64,000 nucleotides of DNA from Lingula anatina (lineage: Eukaryota > Animalia > Brachiopoda), in contig CM120648.1 of assembly GCA_051362555.1 (NCBI GenBank), positions 12,520,587-12,584,586 of the forward strand. Reading direction: 5' to 3'. Made by a program: the position numbers and the translations under genes. How positions within the stretch are numbered: the stretch's first letter is position 1; the number at the start of each line of letters is the position of its first letter. The notes below the pieces were generated by a model. It saw only the letters and a program-made list of their open reading frames with translations, ran no database searches and was not told the origin of the DNA. Shown in pieces: positions 41,160 through 54,066 of the stretch.

Positions 41160-43205
41160 CATCTGACGGCGGTGGCTAGACTGAAATGCCAGTTTAGAAT
41201 GGAGAAGTAAGACGACTCCTTCCCTCCACTAGTCTGGGGGTTCACCTTGGGCAAGTGTTAGTACCCTCATGCCTCCCTACCCTGGGTTACAGGTCTAGAC
41301 ATCGGCAGCAGGATGTTTAGCGGTGCAAGCAGCAGATGAGCTCCCAAGCCAATGGCGTGAACTCCAGATGGCATGCGGAGGAGCCTCAACAGATGAGGCC
41401 AATGGATGGCATTGACTAGCAAGTTAGCTGTTACTGCGGGGCAACCTCTTCTCCAGCAAGGCATGTTGTGCTATTGCGTACCGCATTGTATTAGGTGATG
41501 AGGACCAGAGAGGCAGTCTGGTGAAGGTACAACACCAACTGGATTTTATTTCTGTGCGCGGCGTTCTGTTTTGAGTGTGGGAAAGTCCTGGGGCAAGGGA
41601 GTCTATGTAACGGCAACAGGCTCAAGTAGCTGGGAGCTGCTAGCAGAAGCTCTGCACTCAGGCGGCTCGCATCTGATGGTCGCAACTGAACTGACTCCTG
41701 AGTACCAGTACGTTGAGGCAGCAATGCGAGTGTCCAGGCAGCCCTTTTTAGGGATAGCACTGCCTGCCCTTGTAAGGGAAGCCCCTAGAAAAGGTGGGGT
41801 AAAGAAAGCATACTCAGGTCAGCGGGACTTCGCTTGATGCGGTAGAAACTCCAAATAAAAAAAGAAGAGGATAACTGTTGCAACATGGAATGTGCGTACC
41901 ATGCTTGATAAAAATGATCGACTTGAACGAAGATCTGCCCTGATTGCAAGGGAACTGCAGCTGTCCTGCATTGACATTGCAGCCCTTCAAGAAACGCGTC
42001 TTGATGCACAGGGTTAACTCCAAGAAGCCGAATACACCTTCTTCTGGGTTGGGAAGACCACTGGACCCAGAGAAGCCGGAGTTGCTTTTGCGTTTCACAA
42101 CACGATTGCCAAGAAGTTAACAACACTTCCTACTGGGATCTCACCCAGACTTATGTCCATGAGAATACCTATTGAGCGAGGACGTTATTTGTCTCTAGTG
42201 AATGTGTATGCACCCAAGATGACCTACACAGTTGATGAGAAGGAGGCCTTTTACCAAGAACTCACTGATGTAGTGCTTAAGGTCCCCAGAGAAGACAAGC
42301 TCCTTATACTAGGAGACTTCAACGCTAGAGTTGGGGCTGACTGGAAAATCTACTTGGGTGTCATTGGCAAATTTGGGAATGTGAAAAAGAACTCTAATGG
42401 GGAGCTTCTGCTAAATCTCTGTGGACAACTAGATCTCAGCATAACCAACACTTTTTTCTTCCAACCTGACAAAAACTATTTCACCTGGAAACACCCACGC
42501 TCAGGTCACTACCGGGGTATCATCTGCTTGCTTATGTCATCATGAGAAAGTCAGATATGGTCGACGTACTATGTACAAAAGCAAAACGCGGACCAGAATG
42601 TGCTACAGACCACTATCTTGTTAGCTGCCAACTTAGAATGAGAATCAATCTGCCACGGAGAAAAACTCCCACAAGTGCTAAACCTAGGAAACTGGACATA
42701 AATAAGCTGTCAGATGTGAAGAACCACCAAGAAGTGACCAGAGCCTTAGCTTCGTCATCTTCGTGCATTCCTCAATATCAAGTGGCAAGACCATATTCCT
42801 GGTGTTGAAGTACCACGACGTGCTCACACAGTCAGTGCTGAAGCCCTGATAACTGTGTCACATCACCGTTGAGCTGGACATGTCTGTCGGATGACAAATG
42901 ACAGACTGCCAAAAGCTGTACTATACTCTGAACTATACCAAGGAAAAAGGAGCCATGGTGGACAGACTCTCTTCAAGGATGTTATAAAGCGCCATATGAA
43001 GAGAGCTGGCATCCCACAAGACACCTGGGAGGCAGAGGCTCTCCAGAGAGAACAATGGCATGCTCTACTTAAAAAGACCCTGTCAGCTGTTGAAGATCAG
43101 CGCCAGCAAGAATACCAACATGCACATGATCGTCGCCACTCACCAGCCAGACCATGCAACTTCCAATGCAACAGATGTCAGCGCTTCTGCAAATCCCATG
43201 CTGGA
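41160..43205 (+). mobile_element. Decayed RTE-clade LINE: APE endonuclease plus C-terminus, RT domain deleted
   Basis: ATWNVRT, DIAALQETR, LGDFNARVG and TDHYLV motifs join at about 42749 directly to L(N)IKWQD…GHVCRM…RLPKAVLY and a C-terminal CxxC finger; frameshifts and stops. Confidence 0.9.
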
Positions 43206-44220
43206 TTTTCAATCTCATTTTGTTCAATATTTTCAAAATCCATCAAATATTCGTGGTCTGATTCACTGAGATCAAGTGAAGCTGGTAGGGGGGTCAAGTT
43301 GTCATGGTTGATAGTGGCTTCATAGGGAGATGGTGTTGTTTCCACATCAGTGTCCCCCCTGGGTAGAAACTCCAGAGGACCCTTTGGGGAGAGGCTGGGC
43401 AACAAAGGTGGCTGAGATCTGCCTCTAATGGTGCTTTCCCAGAGATTTAGATCGATCTAAAGATTAAAATTTAGATCGACCTAACTCCCTGGGGGTTCCC
43501 GCTCAATTGCAGTCAGCTGACGGGCACCATAGTTAATTACCCCCTTACAGCTTGTAGTAGGTGGGACAGACGATTAAGCTTGCCAAGCTGACAGTAATCT
43601 AGTGAGACTCCCCACAGGGATAGATCAATCTAAAAATCTATGGGAATGGGGTGTAAGTTCTTCATTTTTGTTTGCTCTGTCTCCTCAACAAGTAATTTGA
43701 TATTCGGAAAATCATTTTCTACAAAGTCCATAAACTTGGCACCATTTGCCACAATAATTCCTTTGTTGGTGTAAAAGCTCAGCACAGTATATGTAATTTC
43801 AGTTCCATCTTCCTTTGTGGTCTGCATCTTTAGGTGAAAGCCTCCATCTGTTTTCTGGTATACTGGGTGTGAAGACAACTCTTTGTTTTCAAACTTTCTT
43901 TGGAAATAAATTTTGGCAGTATTTTCCCCACTGTGTCAGTCTTGTAGTATGGAATCATGCATTGCAAATAATGTCCTCTTCAAATTCAATATTTTCAGAA
44001 TTGCATCTAACTTGTCTGCCAAAGTATATAGATTCAGGGTTTTTGGAGCATAAGTTTATGTACATGCAGTCTTCTTCTTGTTTCCTGGAGATTTTGGCAT
44101 TTGCACTGGTGATGATGGTTAATCATAAACAAAGTCAGGGTTTTGCTTAGATTTCTCTGCACGTTTAGGACGGCTGTTAAATCACTTTTTTTGCCAATAA
44201 TTTCTTTTGGAATATATAAG
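43206..44220 (-). mobile_element. ORF1-like remnant of a non-LTR element (second copy at about 58100-59340)
   Basis: Broken reading frames with the FY..KG.I.ANG…F…DFP.IK motif resembling CR1/L2-group ORF1; family assignment is inference. Confidence 0.45.
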
Positions 44221-44559
44221 CTGCTTTTCTTAAGGTTAAATAGGAGTTCCTTTGCAGTTGAAGAGGTCTATTACTAGACTTTTTGATACACTGCAACCAG
44301 CTTAAAATAATTCTTCAAAGTATGAGGGCTGCCATCTTGTTTTTCCAGAACAAAGTGAGTGAAAGACACCAGTTTTAGTCACTTTTGTCACTATACAGCA
44401 AACTGCAGCTGATTGTTTTTACATGTGGATTCCTGATATGCTTATAGTTTTTTTTTTTAGTCATGAAAATATTTAATAAAGTTCTCTATATTGTTACCTT
44501 TTTGATGTATGTGTAGAGCTTTTCCACTGCTCAAATAGGTCAGCTTCACTTTCCTGATC

Positions 44560-44750
44560 TCCTGCATCATTATTAGCAGTTTTTTCTCCAGGCAAAGGTT
44601 GCATAGGTATTGATTTCTCCTTTGTAGTACAGGTTTTTTTTATGACTTTCCACCTAATGTCGTACTGAATGTTACTTTCTTTTAATTTCCAAGTATATTT
44701 AGATAGCTCAGTTTCTACAGTATTTTTTTTCTGCCCCTTAATGACTTGGT
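44560..44750 (-). mobile_element. Penelope-like GIY-YIG C-terminal remnant (copy at about 59690-59880)
   Basis: TELSKY.WKLKE.NIQYDI.W and CNLCLEKKLLI motifs on the minus strand. Confidence 0.75.
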
Positions 44751-45264
44751 GTGGTTATATATATATTACATATATATTACACAATTAAAAACTTCTGGTT
44801 ATTATGCTGTTAATCATAATGTGTTATTGCAAAATTGAGAAAAAACTGCAGTGCCACCACAAATTCTATAAAAGGAAAACCGTTGGTTAATTATTTTCTA
44901 ACTCTAAAGAATGATTCTTAGGATTGCCATACAGCTCAGAATGTGTTCAGCACAGCTTGATAGATTATTTTTCTTGAACTATATGCAGTTTTTGTGAAAA
45001 TTTTAATTTTGTCATTCTGGCCTTTTTTTATGTTTGAATTTGAACTCTTATGGGGGCTGAAGCCCTATTCTAGTTTCATATTCTTAATATCTCTGTTACC
45101 TTATGTATATAAAACCATTATTAAAATTGACAAAATTACCCTTTTTTTTGCTTTTATCTGGTAATTTGAAAGCTTTACTCGCTTCTTTAACCATCATAAC
45201 AGTAAATGATAAAAATTAAGTCTTAAAAGAAAAAAAAGAACCATTTTCTCTTCTTCCACTCCAG

Positions 45265-45503
45265 GCCACCACCTCCCAGTCATGGACAACATCCTAGGTA
45301 TTGGACAGGTCTGCGTGTGAGCTTTATTTCTGGTTTACCTTATTGGCAGGACTACACTGGAACTAAGTCACCAGTAACGTACAGCAACATGTGCCCTACT
45401 TGTGTTCACGCTGGTGACTGTTTCTATTTAGATAGCAGTGTCTCCTTCCAGTGGATAAGGGATGACTGTGAACAATATATCTTTTATATATGTGAAAAAA
45501 CAG
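45265..45503 (+). CDS. C-type lectin domain A, exon 2 (YWTGL…W…C…W..DDC…YICEK)
   Basis: WIGL-like motif and C-terminal ICEK; phase 2 to 1. Confidence 0.9.
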
Positions 45504-46115
45504 GTGGGGTTCAAATTGAAATTTGATTATTATTTGAAATATATTAAAATTGTCATCCATTTTTCTTCTACCATCAGTCTGTTTTGCATGTATTTGCCCT
45601 GATGTTTAGATTTTTTTCCTAGGGCTACATGTAAATATTATCATATTTTAGCTAAGGGGCTGTGTATTTTTGTAATCATTTTCACAAGTCTAGACATTTT
45701 GTAGACTCCTCGCCCCCCCCCCCCCCATCCCCCCGGCAACCACCACCACCACCACCACCGCATCAGAGAGTTACAAGGTGAAAAGTTAAAAAATGCTATA
45801 ACCTTTGTCAACACACCCCTGGTGATGAAGATCATGATTTTAATTATTTTTTCCAAATGCTTATACAGAGGGAATTTCACCTCCCCCCCACCCCAACCCC
45901 CAGTGTAAGGTTGTAGACTTTTGAAAGTTGTGATTAAAATGGATGACCCCTTAGTATTCAAATATTTCTGACTTTTGAAAGAATTTACTTTATGGATATT
46001 ACCACTCCTACTACAGTATCAGGTGTATTCAATAAAACTGGCTGTGTTGGCAGCAGATTGCTTTGTAATTATTTGTATATAGACATCTATTCTATTGCTG
46101 TTTATGTGATTTTAG

Positions 46116-46295
46116 CTCCAACAGGTTGTGAATTTCCCAGCACTCCTCCAAATACTCTGGAATCACTGGGCTGGAACGTGGTAGGAGACGTAATAAATTA
46201 CACCTGCCAAACAGGTTACACACTGATATCTGGGGACCTGACAAGGACCTGTCTAACTGATGGAAATTGGAGCGGCTCACCCCCTATCTGCGACT
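46116..46295 (+). CDS. Sushi/CCP domain exon A
   Basis: C..P…YTC..GY.L.SG…RTC…GNWSG..P.C; phase 1-1, 180 nt. Confidence 0.95.
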
Positions 46296-46503
46296 GTAAG
46301 AATATGATGGAAAACTCCTCCTTTTTTCATAGCACTTTATGTCTGCCAATATAATGTTACATGTGCAAGATTCATTATTTTGAAATAATATCCATAGTTC
46401 AAACATCTGAGAACCATCATATTGAAGGTATGAGTAGTGAAGAATAGTTTTTGGAAATTTGATTGATCACTTTTGACCAAGTATTATACATTTCTCCATC
46501 CAG

Positions 46504-46683
46504 TTGGAGGAAGCTGGCTGGCCTGGGGAGCCTGGAGCAGCTGCTCATTGACCTGTGGTACAGGAACCTCCTTTAGAAATCGTACTTGTCATGATCCAAA
46601 TCTACCCAGTGAACTGGCGCTATGTGCAGGTGGAGCCACCAACTCTACCCAGACACTGTCCTGCTTTGAACAACACTGTCCAG
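46504..46683 (+). CDS. Thrombospondin type-1 domain exon A
   Basis: W..W..WSSCS.TCG.G…R.RTC…C…C…CP; phase 1-1, 180 nt. Confidence 0.95.
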
Positions 46684-47033
46684 GTAATTGTATTCCACCC
46701 AGACACTGTCCTGCTTTGAACAACACTGTCCAGGTAATTATATTCCACCCAGACACTGTCCTGCTTTGAACAATACTGTCCAGGTAATTATATTCCACCC
46801 AGACACTGTCCTGCTTTGAACAACACTGTCCAGGTAATTATATTCCACCCAGACACTGTCCTGCTTTGAACAATACTGTCCAGGTAATTATATTCCATCC
46901 AGACACTGTCCTGCTTTGAACAATACTGTCCAGGTAATTATATTCCACCCAGACACTGTCCTGCTTTGAACAATACTGTCCAGGTAATTATATTCCACCC
47001 AGACGCTGTTCTGCTTTGACCAATACTGTCCAG
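46647..47033 (+). repeat. 50-bp minisatellite (8 copies) spanning the TSP1-A 5' splice site
   Basis: CAG|GTAATT donors every 50 bp from 46684 to 46984; 8th copy cut by a Harbinger-like end at 47034. Confidence 0.95.
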
Positions 47034-48622
47034 GGCCCGGTTTCATCAAGGCTGGATAGGCTATCCACGAAGCTGAGGAAAATGTCTCACGTGTTTGATA
47101 TTTTTGGCCTCTTGAGGCAAATGGCTCAGCGTGTGTGGGGTGCAAGCGCCGATTGCTCAAATCATACCAACAATGTGCATGTGCCGGTAGCCGGAAACAA
47201 ACAAAAATGGCAGCCCCCAGCGAAGTCAACAAAAATGTACACAGTTATAGTTAGTCTGATTGATTAACGTGGTCACCATTTTCCATTACTATCAGAAAAA
47301 ACATCAATATGTAATGTTTCCTTAATCACATGATCCCACAGTTCACAGTGCGTCTGATAGGGGCAGGCTGGGAGGCACCTCTGCTGAGCAAAGAGCGCAG
47401 TGTTTGCGGGGAGCCGAGGAGCGCGAGCGTCTGGCGCAGCGCAAGTGCTCACCGTGTGCGGGGTGCTTAAAAAAAGAGTAGCAGAGACAATTTGTTTAAA
47501 TTATTTGTAAGGCCAAGAAAGGAGATTTCAGTTTGATCAACAGAGGGTGCCCCCCCCCAAACCAAAAAAAAAAAAAGTAAATAAATAAAATAATGATAAT
47601 AATAATAATGTATAATTTCAATAAATTGATTAATGGAAAATAGTAAAGAAAACACTGATGATTAGGACTTTTGATATCAATTGTGCATTTTTAAAAGAAG
47701 TAAGTGCTCAAATGAAGGTGTAACGTACATAAATTAGACAAAACACTTAATAAGAGACTAGACATAAAGGTATCAGAATCTCCTCCGAGCACAGCCGAGC
47801 ATTAATTACAGCTTTGGAAGTAACTCCCTCGCGCTGCCAGTAATTACGCCGTGGGCATTCAGGGCACAGACCGTGATCACAAGAAACCGCCAATAGATTT
47901 TTAGAAAATAGATTCTTCATGTGAACGAACCCTTCTAGTGATTTGAACTATAAGATCACTTTCAAGTCTTTTCACAATCAATATCTGCTGTTTTTTTTTT
48001 TTTGTTTTTTTTTTTTTGTGAGTTACTGGGGGGGATGCCACTACACACACTTGAAATTAAGCACAGAACACATAAGCCATAACCTATAAGCATATATACT
48101 GAAGCATCTAAAATATTTTCATCATAAGAATCTCTCAAATTATTTTTTTTTAATGTAAAAACTTGATATTGGCATTTTACATGATAGCATTTTCTATACC
48201 ATGAAGTTGGCAAAAAATAATAGCTGGATCAATCCAATTCTGGGGAAGATTCTCCCTCAGTGCAATAACTTTGAATGGCTTAAATGTCTGACATGCCTCT
48301 TGCATTGAGCTGCTTGGGGGAAATTCACTGAACTCCAGCCACTCAAGGAGACATGCCAAACTATCAAGCTGAGTACAGTGAATGCATTTCAGCAAGAATC
48401 TACCAAAGAGTTGAGTAAAAACAAGTTCTGGAATACCATGTCAATTTCAAAGCAGCCCAAATCTGTTGCAAGCATAAAGGCTAAATTAAGACTTTCAAAG
48501 TTCATCTTATAGCAATAAAGCGATGAAGATAGCTATAGTGAAGAGGTTAGTGTCAAGTTATCTCTGAAGCTCAGGGTGCAGTTGGTGGACTCTCTGTAGA
48601 CTTATGATGATATCCCTGTTTA

Positions 48623-51600
48623 TTGTACCACCAGCGTTAGCGCTGGCGGTACACATGGTTTTAGTCCCGTCCGTTCCATTCCGCCGGCTCCGCCGCCATG
48701 TTACCGTTACCGCTTCTCCTCCTAGACGGTAAGGGCCCCCATACCCATCTCTTGGATTTAGGTCACCTATAATCTCAACTCGTTCCACGTAAAATTTGGG
48801 CTTTGTCGGTATTGGGGTCTAGGTGTGGCATTCATTGCAATGCACCCTTGTCCAAAAATGGCAAAATTAAATGCTAATTATCTCCCCTACGGAAGGAATT
48901 ATGGGAAAAATTTCTACAGACAGCTTTCCAAAAGTCATATGTGTAGATTTCAAATATGCCCTTGGATTTGACCTTTGACCTTTATTTCAAGGTCAAACAG
49001 GCCAAAATTAAAAAAAAAACAAAATTTTTGCCGAAAAAAAAATTATTTGCGCTCTTATTCAGACACCACACAGACTTAACTAACAATATTAATGGAAAGT
49101 GTTACATTATGGGTCATCTTTCATCTCCGTGAATTTGGGGTCAATCGGTGCATTTTCACGGAAGTAGTGGCCATAAGATATCGAAACTGAAAACTGTCTC
49201 TAATTCGGGAACCGTTAATGCTAGACACTCATTCTTTTTTGCATTTTGTAGAGCATGTAAAGCCCAACACTGTGGGTGGTCTCCGTTTTTTTGTATTCCA
49301 TATGGTTTTCGAGTTATGCTGTATCAAAAAGTACATATTGGTGGTGAAAGCAAAATGTGCAGTACGGTAATGGATAATAAATTTTGAACTCCAGAAAAAT
49401 AAAACATAAGGCTAGGCAAACAGACAACTTGTGGTCAAAAATGACATTATTTCATCAAATTTGAACATCTGGAACTTCAGAGCACCTCCCATTTCAAGAA
49501 TTTTGACCAAAATGACCTTTTCTTTATTTTAATTAATTTTTTCTGTAGGAAATTTATGGCACATTATGGTAACTCCAAAATTATACCATTTAGTCCCTTA
49601 TATCTCCAAAACTGGCAGAGATAGGTCCATAGTTACTATTGAACTTGAATAGGAAGTCATATACTGGCAATCTAAATGTGACCTTAAAATTGACCTTTGA
49701 CCTACTTTTCACCATGAACTGAACTTTGCAAATTTTGCTTCCCTTTTATCTCCAAAACTGGCAGAAATAGGTCCATAGTCTCTATTGAACTTGAATAGGA
49801 AGTCATATACTGGCAATCTTAAAGTGACCTTAAAATTGACCTTTGACCTACTTTTCACCATGAACTGAACTTTGCAAATTTTGCTTCCCTTTTATCTCCA
49901 AAACTGGCAGAGATAGGTCCATAGTTTCTATTGAACTTGAATAGGAAGTCATATACTGGCAATCTACATGTGACCTTAAAATTGACCTTTGACCTACTTT
50001 TCACCATGAACTGAACTTTGCAAATTTTGCTTCCCTTTCATCTCCAAAACTGGCAGAGATAGGTCCATAGTTTCTATTGAACTTGAATAGGAAGTCATAT
50101 ACTGGCAATCTAAATGTGACCTTAGAATTGACCTTTGACCTACTTTTCACCATGCACTGAACTTTGCAAATTTTTCTTCCCTTTTATCTCCAAAACTGGC
50201 AGAGATAGGTCCATAGTCTCTATTGAACTTGAATAGGAAGTCATATACTGGCAATCTACATGTGACCTTAAAATTGACCTTTGACCTACTTTTCACCATG
50301 AACTGAACTTTGCAAATTTTGCTTCCCTTTTATCTCCAAAGTTACGCTGTATCAAAAAGTACATATTGGTGGTGAAAGCAAAATGTGCAGTACGGTAATG
50401 GATAATAAATTTTGAACTCTGGAAAAATAAAACATAAGGCTTGGCAAAGCAGACAACTTGTGGTCAAAAATGACATTATTTCTTCAAATTTGAACATCTG
50501 GAACTTCAGAGCACCTCCCATTTCAAGAATTTTGACCAAAATGACCTCTTTATTTTAATTAATTTTTTCTGTAGGAAATTTATGGCACATTATGGTAACT
50601 CCAAAATTATACCATTTAGTCCCTTATATCTCCAAAACTGGCAGAGATAGGTCCATAGTTACTATTGAACTTGAATAGGAAGTCATATACTGGCAATCTA
50701 AATGTGACCTTGAAATTGACCTTTGACCTACTTTTCACCATGAACTGAACTTTGCAAATTTTGCTTCCCTTTTATCTCCAAAACTGGCAGAGATAGGTCC
50801 ATAGTCTCTATTGAACTTGAATAGGAAGTCATATACTGGCAATCTTAAAGTGACCTTAAAATTGACCTTTGACCTACTTTTCACCATGAACTGAACTTTG
50901 CAAATTTTGCTTCCCTTTTATCTCCAAAACTGGCAGAGATAGGTCCATAGTTTCTATTGAACTTGAATAGGAAGTCATATACTGGCAATCTACATGTGAC
51001 CTTAAAATTGACCTTTGACCTACTTTTCACCATGAACTGAACTTTGCAAATTTTGCTTCCCTTTCATCTCCAAAACTGGCAGAGATAGGTCCATAGTTTC
51101 TATTGAACTTGAATAGGAAGTCATATACTGGCAATCTACATGTGACCTTAAAATTGACCTTTGACCTACTTTTCACCATGAACTGAACTTTGCAAATTTT
51201 TCTTCCCTTTTATCTCCAAAACTGGCAGAGATAGGTCCATAGTCTCTATTGAACTTGAATAGAAAGTCATATACTGGCAATCTACATGTGACCTTAAAAT
51301 TGACCTTTGACCTACTTTTCACCATGAACTGAACTTTGCAAATTTTGCTTCCCTTTTATCTCCAAAGTTACACTGTATCAAAAAGCACATATTGGTGGTG
51401 AAAGCAAAATGTGCAGTACGGTAATGGATAATAAATTTTGAACTCTGGAAAAATAAAACATAAGGCTTGGCAAAGCAGACAACTTGTGGTCAAAAATGAC
51501 ATTATTTCTTCAAATTTGAACATGTGGAACTTCAGAGCACCTCCCATTTCAAGAATTTTGACCAAAATGACCTTTTCTTTATTTTAATTAATTTTTTCTG

Positions 51601-52414
51601 TAGGAAATTTATGGCACATTATGGTAACTCCAAAATTATACCCTTTAGTCCCTTATATCTCCAAAACTGGCAGAGATAGGTCCATAGTTACTATTGAAGT
51701 TGAATAGGAAGTCATATACTGGCAATCTAAATGTGACCTTAAAATTGACCTTTGACCTACTTTTCACCATGAACTGAACTTTGCAAACTTTGCTTCCCTT
51801 TTATCTCCAAAACTGGCAGAGATAGGTCCATAGTCTCTATTGAACTTGAATAGGAAGTCATATACTGGCAATCTTAAAGTGACCTTAAAATTGACCTTTG
51901 ACCTACTTTTCACCATGAACTGAACTTTGCAAATTTTGCTTCCCTTTTATCTCCAAAACTGGCAGAGATAGGTCCATAGTTACTATTGAAGTTGAATAGG
52001 AAGTCATATACTGGCAATCTAAATGTGACCTTAAAATTGACCTTTGACCTACTTTTCACCATGAACTGAACTTTGCAAATTTTGATTCCCTTTTATCTCC
52101 AAAACTGGCAGAGATAGGCCCATAGTTACTATTGAAGTTGAATAGGAAGTCATATACTGGCAATTTACTGTGACCTTGGAATTGACCTTTGACCTACCTT
52201 ACGATGAACTTAACTTTGATTGTACCATTTTTAGTTATATATATATTTTTTGCATATTTTGAAAATTCTTGTTGATTGCATTTTTACAGCTTGTCAAGCA
52301 CAAGACTGGTGGCTGTGTTCCTTATTTTGTGTATGTGGGGGTCTATACGAATGCGCTTGCTCCAGCTGGTGGTACAATATTCGGAGGCGGTATCGCCTCT
52401 CTGATCCTCTAGTT
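48623..52414 (+). mobile_element. Full Helentron/HINE-like family A element with 146-bp satellite and 1026-bp higher-order repeat
   Basis: Same termini as 25371-31738; empty site visible in the paralog at 38245-38269. Confidence 0.92.
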
Positions 52415-52428
52415 ATTTTTCACTTTAG

Positions 52429-52609
52429 ATGGTGTTTCCTCCTCTCCCTGCCCCAGTGGATGGATATACAATATCATAGGGAGATGTTATAATGTGTCCA
52501 GTAGGCAAGAGGGTATGAGTGCTGCAACATGGAGTTGCTTTGATATGGATGCACTCCTAGCCATGCCAAAGACTGAAGACTTACAGGCAGCACTGGAAGC
52601 TGTAGTAAC
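52429..52609 (+). CDS. C-type lectin domain B, exon 1
   Basis: Paralog of 38270-38450; open frame, same splice sites and phases. Confidence 0.88.
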
Positions 52610-54066
52610 GTACGTATGTTCATTAAATGAAGGGGACAGAACGTAAGATTTTTTTTTTAAGTGCTTATACCACTTCTTGTTGAACTATATAATGACAAGT
52701 GATGCTTTAAGCGATCTTAATTCTATTTTGTTTTTAAACACTTACGCATCTCTTCTCTTCACTTTCGTTTTTGTCGATCAAGCATGGCATGTGTGGCCAG
52801 AGAGCGGCACAAAACTCGATGAATATTATAGCTGATAAGGTCGAAAGTAGACCAAAAATTAAAAAATGCCACATGGCCACAAAACCTTCCAATGGGAAGT
52901 CAAAAGTAAAGCATCACTTATTATAACACAGAATCGAAAATTGACACTGAGTAACGTTATTGTGGTCAATATGGCGGACGCTGCCCATTATGAAGATGCT
53001 AAATGATAATAATAAAAAGAAATTAGAGGAAAAATTTCTTCCACAAAAAAGATGCTACGAATTAATGCACTTGGTTGCACAACCTTTGGACTTTGTACAA
53101 GAAGGAAAGAGGCTTTAAGACCTCACATGGATAAACAATATTTACATTTCATACATGAAAGTTATCAAACACAAGCCTAAAAATATATAAGAGGGTCCTG
53201 GCCGCTATACCACCTAAACTAGCGGTCAATGAGTGTAAACAACTACTCACATCGGTCTGATGAAGGCCTTCGACCAGGTTGGCCGTAATCTAACGGTACG
53301 GACATTTTTAGGCTTGTGTTTGATAATTTTCATGTATGATCCAACTACCAAGTTAATGAACATTTTTGCTCAATATTTACATTTATGTGCAATTTCCATC
53401 CCATATTGATCGTGCCTATAAGTCGCGCAACAATACATATTCATTAATTTATAAACATATCTATTCTGTACTCATGCCCCTTAGAGACACATTGTGTTTA
53501 TAAACGTGCATAAGCTGACAATATATATATTGTGCGGGTAGCAAACAATAGCGATGTGAACTTCCACAGGGACTTAGCAAACAGAGGAGAAGCGTATTAT
53601 TCATCGGTTGACCATGAGATGGGAGTTCGTCCTTGCCAAATGCGACAGGAAGAAAATTGATGTGCGTTATAATCTGACTTTATGAAAAGCTTTTAACTAG
53701 ACAGTGTTGCACCTTGCTGTAGGATGAATGTAGACCTTCCAAACACGTCCTCTCATTGTTTTGTTTGCTTCTTACTATCTATTTTTTAAATTTGATGGAG
53801 TTTTTTTTTTTTTTTTTTGTAGTTTCTATGAATTTCACAAATGCCAATCAGTCTGTGGCCCATACCAGTAAACTCTCCTGATCTTGTCGGGGGTCTCCCT
53901 AATTTGGGGACATATCTATCCATCTCCCAATTCAGACTAAAAATCTCTCTCTATATATATATATCACACTTTTCTCTATCACACTTGTCTTTTCATTTGG
54001 AGGCTCAGTGATTTTATTCATGAAAATGCGCTGTAGCATAATTGCTTTCTCAGTTTAGTGATAGTA

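Noticed and set aside
41160-41320. HDV-like ribozyme at the RTE 5' end
   Set aside because: Plausible for the clade, but I could not assign the nested pseudoknot pairings by eye; needs a motif search.
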